Assembly: GCF_001194135.2 (NCBI RefSeq)
Contig: NC_068990.1
Span: forward strand, 44,895,743 to 44,959,742
DNA: 64,000 bases
Source: Octopus bimaculoides
Lineage: Eukaryota
Direction of reading: 5' to 3'
Below, one piece after another: positions 1 to 13,245 of the stretch (the stretch's first letter is position 1; every line of letters starts with the position of its first letter). The position numbers were made by a program, and so were the translations under genes. The notes beneath the pieces were generated by a model that saw only the letters and a program-made list of their open reading frames with translations, was not told where the DNA came from and searched no databases.

Positions 1-546
1 TATCGTGTATCGGAGATTAATTCAACACTTCAACACCAATGTCTATGAAATCACGTTAAAGACAAGTGTTTAATATGCTACTAATTAATAAAGTCCTCCA
101 AGCATTAGATACTCCCTCAGTTACCAATATTCAATTGTTGATGTCGTTGTCGTTGTTGTTTGATCTTGTTGTTCTTGTTGTTGTCATTTTTTAATGTTGT
201 TTTTGTTGTTTAAACCCATTTATATCATCAAAGCCGTTCTGTATGTGGTTGTCTCTCTTTTCAGACAGGTTAGCTTACATGACATTATACAATATGCTCT
301 TGCCTTGGGNNNNNNNNNNNNNNNNNNNNNNNNNGGGGGGGGGGGGGATACTATAAGGTATGATTTGAGAGAGAGAGAGATTTGCCAACGATGTAATCTC
401 GTACATAGTCCCTAGATCTGATACTATTTCTATCAGTTCCAGCGATCACCTAGGAAGCCCTTTCGCTGACATATTGTACGCATTTAGATTCTACTAGCGG
501 CCGTAACGGAGACAGGGAAGGAAACTCTGAACAGAATGCGACTTAC

Positions 547-601
547 TATTGGTGCTGCATATACCAACCACAATGGCGTCGTATCATCGAAGTGTTATTT
601 C
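547..601 (-). other. Candidate orphan internal exon (55 nt, phase 1 to 2) xNNTSMIRRHCGWYMQHQx
   Basis: Long polypyrimidine tract ending cccaattAG, donor GTAAGT, single open frame; no homology recognised. Confidence 0.35.
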
Positions 602-1279
602 CTAATTGGGAAGGAGCGGAATAAATGAATAAAAATAAAAAGTTGGAGAATAATGGTCCATGACTTTCTTTGGGACCTCCAAGGAAAAAGGATGTGAAGA
701 AGTTTTTTTCAAAACCAGAGATGTGATCCGAATGTCTACAACGGAGTGGAGCCTTCTAAAAACATCCAAGGACCATGTGGTGGTACAACAAGATTACTGT
801 TCCAGATCTATCATGCTAACGCCCATCTAGGGACCATACTATACCCTACGACATGCAGTGATAAATAATACGTTGTATTAAAACGTAATAACCCTTACCA
901 CCATGGCAGGGTTATTGCTCTTTGTCATGTCCCCTACTTACACTTAAAAAAAGTGATCTTTGTGTAAACATTGATTTAAAACTAGAAAGAGTCTGAAGAG
1001 AGTTACCATCAATATATATACTGATGGCCAGATATCCTGGCCAGAGATAAACATACATAATTAGAACTTGTTACCATCAATATCATCAGTAACAGCAACA
1101 AAAAACAATAACGAAACATGCCTAAGAAAAGGCTTCTGAGCAGTCACTGAATCTGTCAGAATTAGCAACTATACTGGCTCCCTCACAGATGCGTTCGACC
1201 TTCCACTCCTACATGCCATATATCTGCCCGTCAACTGTTGGCTGGCGTACATTTAGGACTAAGCAACAAGAAAAACTAT

Positions 1280-1830
1280 GATTATTATCATCATATAATT
1301 ATTATAATTATTATCATAAAACTATAATTATTATCATCATTATCGTCATTTTCACCACCACTAACATCATTGACGACGCTATCATCATATCATTATCATC
1401 ATCATGCCTTTATCTAATTATCGTTATTGTCGTCGTCTTGGATCTCACTACCACTACAACCTTCAGCACCACCACCGCCGTCACCACCATGGCACCACAC
1501 TACCACTACCTCTACCATCACTACTATCGCCACCACCATCACCACTACCGCCACAAACTTATTCACTCCCTATTACCACTACCACTACTATCACCATTGT
1601 AGATGCCACGACCACTACCTTTAATACAGCTATTACCAACACTGACACTATCACTGCTACCATCATGGCAACTACTACTACACCTACTACCACTGCTACT
1701 TCCACCACTGTCACCACCACCACCACCATAGCAATCATCTCATCTACTACCACTACCATTATCACTGCCACCGTATGTCAACACCATATTATCATACCAC
1801 ACAATATCACTACTTCCTATGTATGATGCA
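1280..1830. repeat. Degenerate trinucleotide (ATT/ATC/ACC/ACT)n low-complexity tract
   Basis: Direct reading. Confidence 0.9.
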
Positions 1831-2449
1831 AAGTGACGATATTTCCGGAAGTTTGTATCACTTGACACAATCAGTCATATACATATGCACACACACACAC
1901 ACATACACATACACACACACATACACATACACACACATATACACAACGCACACACACACAAAACAACCTACCATTTACCACAAATTAGATTTTCGGGGAT
2001 ATTTTATTTCGTTTTTTTAATTTAATTGCTAATNNNNNNNNNNNNNNNNNNNNNNNNNNNNNNNNNNNNNNNNNNNNNNNNNNNNNNNNNNNNNNNNNNN
2101 NNNNNNNNNNNNNNNNNNNNNNNNNNNNNNNNNNNNNNNNNNNNNNNNNNNNNNNNNNNNNNNNNNNNNNNNNNNNNNNNNNNNNNNNNNNNNNNNNNNN
2201 NNNNNNNNNNNNNNNNNNNNNNNNNNNNNNNNNNNNNNNNNNNNNNNNNNNNNNNNNNNNNNNNNNNNNNNNNNNNNNNNNNNNNNNNNNNNNNNNNNNN
2301 NNNNNNNNNNNNNNNNNNNNNNNNNNNNNNNNNNNNNNNNNNNNNNNNNNNNNNNNNNNNNNNNNNNNNNNNNNNNNNNNNNNNNNNNNNNNNNNNNNNN
2401 NNNNNNNNNNNNNNNNNNNNNNNNNNNNNNNNNNNNNNNNNNNNNNNNN

Positions 2450-2512
<63 letters not shown>

Positions 2513-2619
2513 ACATACACACATTAATACTTGATATTTCTTTCAAGGGCAACGAGCTGGCAGAATCATTAGCACGCCATACAAAATGCTTAGCTTTACG
2601 TCTGAGTTCAAATTCCGCC

Positions 2620-3781
2620 TAGATCGACTTTGCCTTTCATCCTCATGGGGTCGATAAAATAAATACCAGTTGAACACTAGGGTCGATGTTATCGACTTAC
2701 CCCTTCCCCCAAAATTGCTGGTCTTGTACCAAAATTTGAAATCAATATATTATTCTTCTTTCAACGATCGAAGTTCAACTCCCTTCCATGTATACTTCTG
2801 TCTTCAACACGCCGAGGTTCGAGGCAACTACAAGATATCAGTAATATAATGAGGTTGATTCAGTCAACTGTTCATGTTGGTTTTGTGTGCAATCAAATGA
2901 AATCAGTATTAAATTGGCAGGCGTAGCAGTGACAGATTAAATTACTTGCAATATGTTATTATATTCATAAGTAGGTTCAAGGACTCTGGAGCAAGAGTGC
3001 CTTTCTGAAGGTGATACGACATATACATAGACCTTTCTCTCTCGCTCTCTCACTCTCTCTCCCCCTCTCCCTCTATCTCTCTCCCCCTCTCCCTCTATCT
3101 CTCTCCCTCCTTCTCTCTCTTTGTCTCGCTATTCCCTGATCCTCTGTCCAGAGCTTCCTTGAAAAAATTTGCAAGGTGGAACAAGACTGTTTTGAGAACC
3201 CCTTATCCGTCCACAAAATTCAAGGAAGCTATGAGTATTTTGGATCTTTCTGTTCATTTTAATTAATTTTTTTTATGGAAGACTTTATCAGATATTCAGT
3301 GGTCCTACCTGGCTCTATGGCGTTGGACTATTAGCTAAACCCCTATCTCCTCTTATAAGCCCTGCTCCCATCCAACTGACCCTTTCATCCCAAGTCATAT
3401 TGTGGTCAAAGCTTAATGCTCTAGCTTAATACCAAAGTCATCCCAGATTAAAACTTATATATCTGCTACAAAGATATGGACACCTCTAAAGAGACGATTT
3501 TTGATGACAGTTGAAACATATCTGTGTTTAAAGATGGCTACCCTAACATGATCAAATGAAGGCAGTGACTTGTGACTGGATACTTTGTCAAGTGGATCCC
3601 AATCAATAGAATATTTAGCAGACTACTGCTGCAGAATGAGTTTCTCACTTTGTTGCAATTTTTTGTGGTGAAACCAATATTCTGGAAGCGACGATGGTGT
3701 AATTACTGCTATCGATGAACGTGTAAACAATTCATGACAATGCCTTTCCCGTTCTGGGTTCAAATTCCGCAAAAGTCAAAG

Positions 3782-3845
<64 letters not shown>

Positions 3846-6510
3846 TGTGTTGGTGTGTGTCTATACACGGTATATGTATATATATATATGTATATCCGCG
3901 CGTGCACGCACACACGGACACACACACACACATATACACACACACATATATATAGTAAAAATCGTCTTTAGACACGCATTAAATTTTTGAAAAAATAATT
4001 AAAAAGGAAAGAAATTTGAAATTTTTGGATTCTTCTTTTCTTTTTTCCTTTTCCTTCTTTTCCCCGACTTTTCGTCGACAGACTTATTCGTGTTTAATGA
4101 ACTCTAAACAAAAGTACGAAATAAGAGGAGAGAAAAAAACTGCTTATATTTTTACACATTCGGTGATAATTTTTAAATGCTATTTCACATTACTAGTTAC
4201 TAACTACTACTAATATACGAAAGAAATTACGTTCCTCTCTAACTATATATGTGTAAACCATTTTATATATGTGATCAATCTTTTTAATGTATTTTACACT
4301 TCAGACTGCTAAGCCACCAATATTAAAAAGAAATTTATGTGTTCCTCTATGTCTATGTATTTATAAATTCCTTGTGTTCCTATGCAGAGACTATACAAGA
4401 AAATGGATCAACCGTAGAACAGCTGCTTTGGACTCCCATAATCTCACATACAACATAGCCTGTCCAACGAATCTGAGTAGGTATAAGTGACTGCATGTTT
4501 GTGCGTCCCGTCTTTGCAAGGACTTCAACGTCAGGTGTTTTACTTTGTCACTTGTATATGCCTATGCAGTAGGCGCAATGGCCCAGTGGTTATGGCAGCG
4601 AACTCACGGTCATAGGATCGCGGTTTCGATTCCCAGACCAGGCGTTGTGAGTGTTTATTTAGCGAAAACACCTAAAGCTCCATGAGGCTCCGGCAGGGGA
4701 TGGTGGTGAACCCTGCTGTACTCTTTCACCACAACTTTCTCTCACTCTTTCTTCCTGTTTCTGTTGTACCTGTAATTCAAAGGGCCAGCCTTGTCACACT
4801 GTGTCACGCTGAATATCCCTGAGAACTACGTTAAGGGTACACGTGTCTGTAGAGTGCTCAGCCACTTGCACGTTAATTTCACAAGCAAGCTGTTCCGTTG
4901 ATCGGATCAACTGGAACCCTCGATGTTGTAAGCGACGGAGTGCCAACTTGTCTCTGCAATATTTTTTACATTTATCAGTTCCTCCCTAAAAATAAACCTC
5001 CCCTTTGAATTTTAAGATGACCTCTTCCTTGCTTAACTCAAAACAGTTTTGTTCTGCCTTGAAAACTTTCTCTCAGTGGGACCTGTTCCTATGCACATAT
5101 GTGCGTATGAATGTAGTATTTTAATGCATTTTACACGAGTAACTATCCTAGAGAGTAGTCCTTTGACAGGATTGCATAAGAATGTTGTGTAAATACCTTG
5201 AAATATCTGCTCTGGGTTTCTTCTTCTTTTACCTACTGTGTTCAAATCCTACCGAGGTTAACTTTGACTTTTATCCTTCCGGCATTGATAACATAAAATA
5301 CCAGTCAGACATCTGTGATCGCACATCTAATTATATGTAATCAATATCTAAATATATTTTACATTTCTCATCATATAATCACCAATATCTGAACTATGTG
5401 ATATTGTTATGTACTTATGACTTATTCAATATTTGATTGTATATTTTATACAACTATCATAGTCATCAATATCTGGAATATATCCCGTTGCTATGTATGT
5501 CTGTGAATACTTGTATATATTTTATACTACAAATTATTATAGCGACCCATATATGAATTATATTGTGTTGCTATGCACGTATGTCTGTCGATATTTGAAT
5601 ATATTTTTGCCGACGGGCCGACTTTGCCTTTCATCCTTTCGAGGCCGATAAAATAAGAACCAATTGAGCACTGGGGTGGAAGCCCTTCCCCTTCCCTCAA
5701 AATTGCTGGCTTCGTACCAAAATTTGAAATCAATATATTATTCTTCTTTCAAAGATCAAAGTTCAGCTCCCTTCCATATATACTTCAGTCTTCAACACGC
5801 CGTGGTTCGAGGCAACTACAAGATATCAGTAATATAGTGAGGTTGATTCAGTCATCTGTTCATGTTAGTTTTGTGTGCAATCAAATAAAATCAGTATTAA
5901 ATTGGCAGGCGTAGCAGTGACAGATTAAATGTCTTACAATATTTTAGTATATTCATAAGTGGGTTCAAGGACTCTGGAGCAAGAGTATCTTTCAGAAGAT
6001 GATACGACATATACATAGCCCTCACTCTCTCTTTCTCTTTCTCTCTCTCTCCCTCCCTCACTCTCCTTCTCTCTCTCCCTTTGCCCCTCTCTCTTTTTCT
6101 CTCTCTCTTTTCACTGATCCTTCTGTCCAGAGATTCATAGAGAAAATTTGCAAAGAGGAACAAAACTGTTTTCGAGGAACCCCTTATCCGCTCACAAAAT
6201 TCAAAGGTCTTTCTGTTTTTTAGCTTTTTTTATAAAAGACTTTATCAGATATTGAATGGTCTTAAAGACTTTGTGTTTGTGTGCGCGCGCGAATGTGTGC
6301 GTGTGTGTGTGTGTGTATACACAGACACGCATACACACACAGAGATTAATAGTCGTATTTAGACTCGCATTAATTTTATTTAATTTTTGAAAAAGTAATT
6401 GAAAATAGAAGAAATTTGAAATTTTTTCCCCCTTTCCTTCTTTTCCCCAGACTTTTCGTCGACTGAACTATAAACAAAAGTACAAAATGAGAGGAGAGAA
6501 AAAAAGAGAA
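2620..6510 (+). repeat. Local duplication: 2620-3300 and 3770-4140 correspond to 5615-6260 and 6260-6510
   Basis: Long shared unique-looking blocks (gaggcaactacaagatatcagtaatat; attaaattggcaggcgtagcagtgacagattaaat; gacttttcgtcgac). Confidence 0.88.
4572..4947 (+). mobile_element. tRNA-headed SINE, family 1 (~385 bp)
   Basis: Pol III A box TGGCCCAGTGG and B box GGTTTCGATTCC; near-identical copies at 17353-17735 and 31201-31588. Confidence 0.9.
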
Positions 6511-7252
6511 AAAAAGAAACAAAAAATGTTGGCCCTTCTGCCAGAATTTGAAACCAATATATGAATATATTTTAGACGACTAACGATTATACATTCTGAG
6601 TTCAAATTCTGCTTACGAACTTATTCTTTTCTGTTTTTAGTAGTTTCAGTCATTGGACTGGGGCCATGCTGGGGTATTGCCTTCAAAGTTTAAGTTCATC
6701 AAATTGACCTCCGTATATATTTTATGTCTGGAACTTATTCCATCGGGTCTTTTATCGAACTGCTAAGTTAAGAGAACGTAAACAAACCAACACCGGTTGT
6801 CAAGTGACGAGAGACAAACAAACACACAGAGTTTGTTGGAACAATCAGGGGGAAAAAAAACTCAATAGATATGCGTGCGTTTATGTATATGTATGTAGTG
6901 TGTGTGTGTGTGTGTGTGTGTGTACGACGAGTTTCTGCATAGTTTCTGTCAATCAAATTCGCTCACAAGGCTGTAGTCAACCTGGAACCAAGATGCGGGG
7001 AATTGAATTTGAGCCTACAACTACGGAGTTGCGAAATGCCTTCTTTACCCAATACACCGATATTTGTAATATATTTTATATTTATGACTAATATTTTTCA
7101 TTACCGGAAATGTATTGATTTTTTTATATCTATTATTTACCTGGACTTGGCCCTGGACGTGGCACAATGTACATGCTTATTTGCTATCTATCCACTACAA
7201 GAAAGAGACAAGAAACACAAGCCACCGTATTTTTTTTTCTTTTGTTTTACAA

Positions 7253-7760
7253 TCTAACCAAAGCTTTTGACAGCATGTGTCGTAAAATACTGTAGAAAAT
7301 ATTTCAGGAACTTGGCATTCCACCGAAATTCCTTGCCATCATCCACTCTCTTCATGACATCATGGATTGTTCTGCTATCAACTGGATTAGCATCACTACC
7401 GTTTGAGGTCAGAACTAATGTGAAGCAAGGGGGATGTCTTTGCAACAATCCTCTTCTCACTATGCCTCTGCATAGGTCATCCAGGCGCTATTAATAAAAA
7501 TGAAACTTCTTCACATGTAAAACTTATGACCGGGTATCATGGAGATATTTTCAATCGAAACTGATTCTTGTCGCAGTATAAACCATGAATGAATCAGTCT
7601 CGGAAATGCAGTATTCGGATAGAAATACTGTATCCAAACTTGACTAAATCCACCTCCTGCTGATGAATGACTTTGGGAGTCTCAACATATGAAGATTACA
7701 GCGTAAGAGTTAACATCACGACATGTACGAACTTTCTTCAGGATTCAACCAACAAAACAT
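7253..7760 (+). mobile_element. Degenerate RT fragment of a second RTE/BovB-like LINE
   Basis: LTKAFDS, LGIPPKFLAIIHSLHD, PFEVRTNVKQG and SEMQYSD (decayed ELQYADD), with frameshifts. Confidence 0.7.
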
Positions 7761-8165
7761 CGAAAAAGAACATCAAAAACATGATGTGGATGCAGTTTAC
7801 TGTCGTAAAAAAAATGTGAAATTAAATTGTCCTAAAAAAAATGAAGTGAATTGTGATAGAAAGTGGCGACAGTCATTTACCAAAATTTCATGAAAAGAAC
7901 ATAAGGAACTTCCTCATTATGCCACGTCCACAGGCCCCTACACATATAGTACTGTGACGACGCAAGTCAAAATAAATCTTTGTCGGTGGTAATATGACAT
8001 AATGGTCATGTTGCCCGAATAGGTATAATTATTAGTTTCTCGTTGGTTAAAATTACTGCCAATATTTGAATTGTAACTTTCGTCAAAGAGAAATCTTTCA
8101 CGAAATCCGGTTTTTAGAATTCAGGTATGAGCAGTTATAAAAACCCTGATTTGGGGGAAATTAAT

Positions 8166-8267
8166 CAGTGTTCGTTGGTTGTCACTGGATTCCACGACAC
8201 TCACTCTCAGTGTTCGTTGGTTGGCACTGGATTCCACGATACTCACTTTGGATTCCACGATATTCAC
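8166..8267. repeat. 42-bp tandem duplication plus a partial third unit
   Basis: cagtgttcgttggttg.cactggattccacga.actcact at 8166 and 8208. Confidence 0.9.
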
Positions 8268-9351
8268 CACGGCGTTTACGCAGCCTGAGTTAAGATTTAT
8301 GTATGGTGATAAATGCTTATAATTAAGTTATAAGTGACGGGTTTATCACCATAGATTCCTACTCAAGAAATATTTATATTTATTCTCTTCCAAGTCAAAC
8401 CTGTTATAAACTGGCGATTCACATCGTTATAAACCAGATAATCAACACCGATATAGTACATTCTAGTAATTATTAAGTACTTCAGAAATAGCAGCTGAAG
8501 TACACTGTTCCAGTGTACTACATCCAGTAACGAACACTACTGAAAAAACAATTCGGTATCTTCCATGTCGACACATGATAACCATCACAGTTACATGTGA
8601 GCAATCAATAATCCTGCACGGTTAATGAGCTGTGAGGAAATAACTGACGTGAAGCGGTAACGTTGTTTCTGTGAATTTACTTGGACTGTAAGAGCCAATT
8701 CTGTTTTTGAGAAGAGCCATTTGACCCTACTAATAATTCAACAACTAATATACAAGCAGGTAAAAGAGTGATACATTGTCTACATGAAATTATGGTATGT
8801 CACCGTCGTCACTTCCGGTTTCTAGTGCTATTTACTTTTATTTTTTTAGACCAATTTACTTTCGCTTTTTTTACGACAGTAAACTGCAAATATATTTCGG
8901 CGAAAGATGTAATCAATGGCAAGGAAACCAAAACAAAAAACGGTGCTCTACGAACGATGTCCCTTGCGATATTTATCTTAGACCGAGTTACACATAACTG
9001 TTCTGCTGCAGCTATTGTCAAATGAACAACAGTAAATCAGTGGCTGGTTCGTTGGAAACCGGTACCTAATATTGTTCATCTAATGCGTTATGAAATATAT
9101 AAATCAATTAATTAATTAAATAATTAATTAATTAATCAATTAACTAATTAATAATGCTCGTGACTAAGGCCCTGAATCCTGAACCAAGAGATATTTTATT
9201 ATAGAGTCCCCTGCAGTCTCCCAAGTAATAACCTCAACCCGTACACGCTCAGGAAGCTATGAAGGAGATACACTTGACGGACCGATTTTTGTGCGCGGCA
9301 ACCGTAATTCTATATTACTGAATTATCCAACAATTAAGCTTCCGTTTATTT

Positions 9352-9407
<56 letters not shown>

Positions 9408-9575
9408 CAGGTGTATGTGTGTGTGTGTGTATGTATGTGTATGTATATATATGTATGTATCTATGTACGTACATATGTATGTATGTATGTATGTATGTAT
9501 GCATGTATGGGCGTGAACTTGATATTTCTTTATTGCCGCATCCTCAACGGTAGAACTCACCAATTCCCACTGTGT

Positions 9576-9612
<37 letters not shown>

Positions 9613-9660
9613 CACATTCATTCATACATACATACATATATACATACACACACACTTGCA

Positions 9661-9700
<40 letters not shown>
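9352..9700. repeat. Compound (GT)n/(TATG)n/(CATA)n microsatellite cluster; similar tracts at 1885-1960, 2450-2508, 3785-3950, 13205-13850, 15764-15815, 32425-32710
   Basis: Direct reading; many border N gaps. Confidence 0.95.
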
Positions 9701-9702
<2 letters not shown>

Positions 9703-10385
9703 TGCATGTTTGTTCTATTTCTCAAAAAAATCCAAAAGCTAGAAATTAATTTTAATTAATTTTAATTAATTCCAGAGTTAACTTCCTTGCCTTTCTTGAT
9801 CACAATTAATCATTTAGATTAATGAATTGTTTTCTATCCTCGCAAAGATCGCAATTTTAATGAATTGAATTTTCTTGCTTCACTACATTAAGTATGCTAA
9901 CATACACTTTACTGTTTCCTTTTCAAGCAGCAAGAGTCCCTGTGAGTTTTTCCACAGTCATTCTTTTTTAATATTTTGTATATTTTTCCCAATGATAGCT
10001 AAACAACAATTTTACTTCTTGAAAAAGAAATGAAGTCAGAACTGTTATTGCCAGTCATTCTGGTCGACAAGCTCTATCAGTTCGCTCTGCATATAAAATA
10101 TATTTCTTCGTAATTTTGGCACCAGGCTTGTAGTTTTGAAGGGAAGGGGAAGTCGATTACATCGACCCCAGTACTTGAGTAGTACTTTATTTTCTCGACC
10201 TCGGAAGGATGAAAGGTAATGTCTACCTTGACAGAATTTGAAATCAGAAAATAAAGCTGAAAGAAATGCCGCTACGCATTTTATCCGGCACGGTAACCGA
10301 TTCTCCCAACATACCACCTCCTAAACAAATGCTTCAAATTTTTAGCACAAAGCCAGCAAGTTTAGGGGAGGGAGTTAGCCGATTA

Positions 10386-11667
10386 AGAGGAGTGCTCATT
10401 AAAGATTTCCCCTGACCTACTTCAGGTTATTGCAGAAAACAGAACTCGCATAATCATACATGTCTCTACATGTCACATTATAAATTGTAGCTTTCCACTA
10501 GTATTTGTTTGTCTTTTACGGCTGCTGAAGTGGACTAAGGTGTTATAATGGAAGCAGTTGAATGCAGATCAGTAATCAGGTTCTTATACTTGAAAGGTCG
10601 CACACCGAAAGAGACTTTCGATGAGATGAAAGAAGTTTATGGTAGCAATGCACCATCATACAACATAGTTAAGCACTTGCATCGCCAGTTCAAATGTGGT
10701 CGGACATCAGTGGGAACTGCTCTTATTCCCGGACAACCACATTCCTCCATTGATGACGACACCATCCATAAAGTGGAAGCCACCATTTTGGGGGATCGCC
10801 GCATAACTATTCGGCAACTAGCCCAAGAAGTGAAGATAAGTGTAGGGTCTATGGAGAAAATCATTCATGACCATTTGCACATGCGGAAGTTGTCTGTACG
10901 ATAGATTCCCCGGTGACTCACGCCTTTTCAGAACCAGGAACGAGTCAAATGTTCCCAGGCTCTTTTGGCAATGTACCAAGAAAACTAGGAGGACTTTTAC
11001 GGCAGACTTGTCACACAGGATGAAACATGGATCCGTCACTATGATCCTGAGGCTAAAGTCCAGTCGAAGCAATGGAAGCATGATAACTCACCACCTCCAA
11101 AGAAGGCTCGTGACCAACCTTCAAAAGGCAAAGCGATGCTCACAGTCTTTGGGGACCAGCACGGAGTAGTGATGATGGATTTTCTGGCAAAGAGCACCAC
11201 AATTAACAGGGCATATTATGCTTCTCTGCTACAGAAATTGCGGGACGCCATCAAAGCAGAGAAGCGTTGCATTATGACCAAAGGAGTCCGCCTCCTCCAA
11301 GACAACGCACTAGTTCACAATGCGCATGTTGCCCAGATGAAAACACTCCTGCGGCTATGAATTCTTCCTCGTTCCCCTTACTCTCCAGACGTCGCACCAT
11401 CTGACTTCCACCTCTTTCCAACTATAAAGTCTTTTCTGAAGGAAAAGTATTTTGTGGATGATGAAATTATTTCCTAGGTAAAGTCTTGGATCCAGATGCA
11501 ACCTCCCAACTTCTACAGACGAGATCTTCACAGCTGCATAAAGCGATGGGAGAAGTGTATCACCTTTAATGCTGGCTATGTGGAGAACGACTAATAATTA
11601 TGCCAAGTTTCGTTTATCCCAGTTCTTAGAAAGTGTATCAGAGGAAATCTTTAATGAACATCCCTCG
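10386..11667 (+). mobile_element. Full-length mariner (irritans/Himar1-like) fossil, 1282 bp, transposase pseudogene ~10548-11594
   Basis: TA-flanked imperfect TIRs (agaggagtgctcattaaagatttcccctga / cgagggatgttcattaaagatttcctctga). HTH region, DETW, QDN and YSPDVAPSD (D,D34D-type) motifs; multiple stops and a frameshift. Confidence 0.95.
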
Positions 11668-12644
11668 TACATCGACCACAGCACTCAACTGATACTTATT
11701 TTTTTCGACTTCGAAAGCATAAACTGCAAAGTTGATCTTGACGGATTTTGAACTTAGAACGCAAACTGCCGTAAGAAATGTCGCTGAGCATTTTGCCCAG
11801 CTCGCCACCTTAATTATCTCAAAATATGTAGTTTCTGATTTTAGACAGAAAGCCAGCAATTTTTAGGACAGGTGTGGGTTAGTCAACGTTATAACTCCTA
11901 GTATTTAACTAGTACTTTATCATATAGACCTCTGCGGGGTGATAGGCAGAATAAACCTCGGCAGAATTTGAACTCAGAATGCAAAGAGCCGAAACAAATA
12001 TCGCAAATAATTTTCCAGACGTTCTGACGAATCTGCCAGTTTGAGTGAGGGGTGTTACTGTCGTTCGACAAGAAGGATTCAATTTGCCGGTCAAGTGGAT
12101 TACCTGCCCCTGAATTAACGTATAAGTGGCCAAATATTATACAAATACATACACCTTTGATTTAATTCTCCGGTAAAATCAGCGTGATACAATAAAAGAC
12201 AAGACTGTACCTATTTGGATTACAAATGCAATCCATTCTGATGAGCTTCCATACAGTTTCCATCAACCCAATTTCACTCATAAAGTATAAGTCGAACCAA
12301 GGCTACAGAAAATGACATTTTCTTAAGATCCTGCGCAATGGCGAACTTCTTGGCCGTTCGTCCATACAACACTTATATCCTATATCATATATCTTGCTTG
12401 ATAATTTTTCCCTCTTTACATTCCCTAAAAGAATAAATTTAAATTTCCTAATTTTTTTTTAAACATTCCCCTCTTTACATTTCCAAAAAGAACAAATTTA
12501 AAAACAAAAGAATATATATATACGGTAGAATGCCGGTCATGTTTGCAGACGATGTGCTTTCGCGTCCTACGAACAGCCTTCGACCTTTCTTATCCATTGA
12601 GGGCTTTTAACCTAATATTAGTTATAATTTATTATTTATACTCT

Positions 12645-13060
12645 TTAGTAAGGTGGAATCGTTAGCACGCCTGTCAAAATGCTTAGCGGCATTTCGCTCG
12701 TCTCTGAGTTCAAATTTCGCCGAGGTCGGCTTTGCCATTTTATCCTTTTTTTGCGGTCAACAGAATAAGTATTGGGTCGATGTAATCGACTAGCCTTCTC
12801 CCCCATCAATTTTCAAGCCTTGTGCCTATAGCAAAAAGCATTATTTCTAGCCTTTATTAAGGCGACGAGCTGACAGAATTGTTAGCACATCGATCAAAAT
12901 GCTTAACGGTATTTCTTCCTGCTCTTTACGTTCTGAGTTCAAATTGCGCCGAAGTCAACTATGCCTTTTATCCTTCCAGAATCAATAAAATAAGCACGTG
13001 TTAAGCCCTGGGATCGATATAATCGACTTACCCCTCCCATCAAAATTGCTAGTCTTGTGA
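12645..13060 (+). mobile_element. Two adjacent copies of SINE family 3 (gagttcaaat..gccgaggtcg.ctttgcc..tcatcc); further copies near 2545-2745, 5600-5730, 10080-10385, 11668-12050, 36320-36520, 38725-38935, 57770-57905, 60060-60250
   Basis: Recurrent ~200-bp sequence with a tRNA-like B box, seen in both orientations. Confidence 0.8.
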
Positions 13061-13202
13061 CATATGGCCACATTCAAATGGCTGAAACTAAGTAAAAGAA
13101 GAAATGAAGCAGAAGCGATGATTTATAGTTTAACTTCGAGTTCAACCGTTATTTTACATCTCTCGAAATTTCTAAATTCTTATGACGTAAACACATAAAT
13201 AC

Positions 13203-13245
<43 letters not shown>

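Noticed and set aside
1404-1826. Thr/His/Pro-rich ORFs resembling mucin
   Set aside because: All frames derive from a degenerate trinucleotide tract; no splice context or non-repetitive domain.
4572-4645. tRNA gene (also 17660-17735, 24916-24990, 31201-31275)
   Set aside because: The tRNA-like head runs into a shared SINE body and tail; no proper acceptor stem or Pol III terminator.
8768-9025. Overlapping short ORFs on both strands
   Set aside because: No recognisable domain or splice-consistent partner exons.
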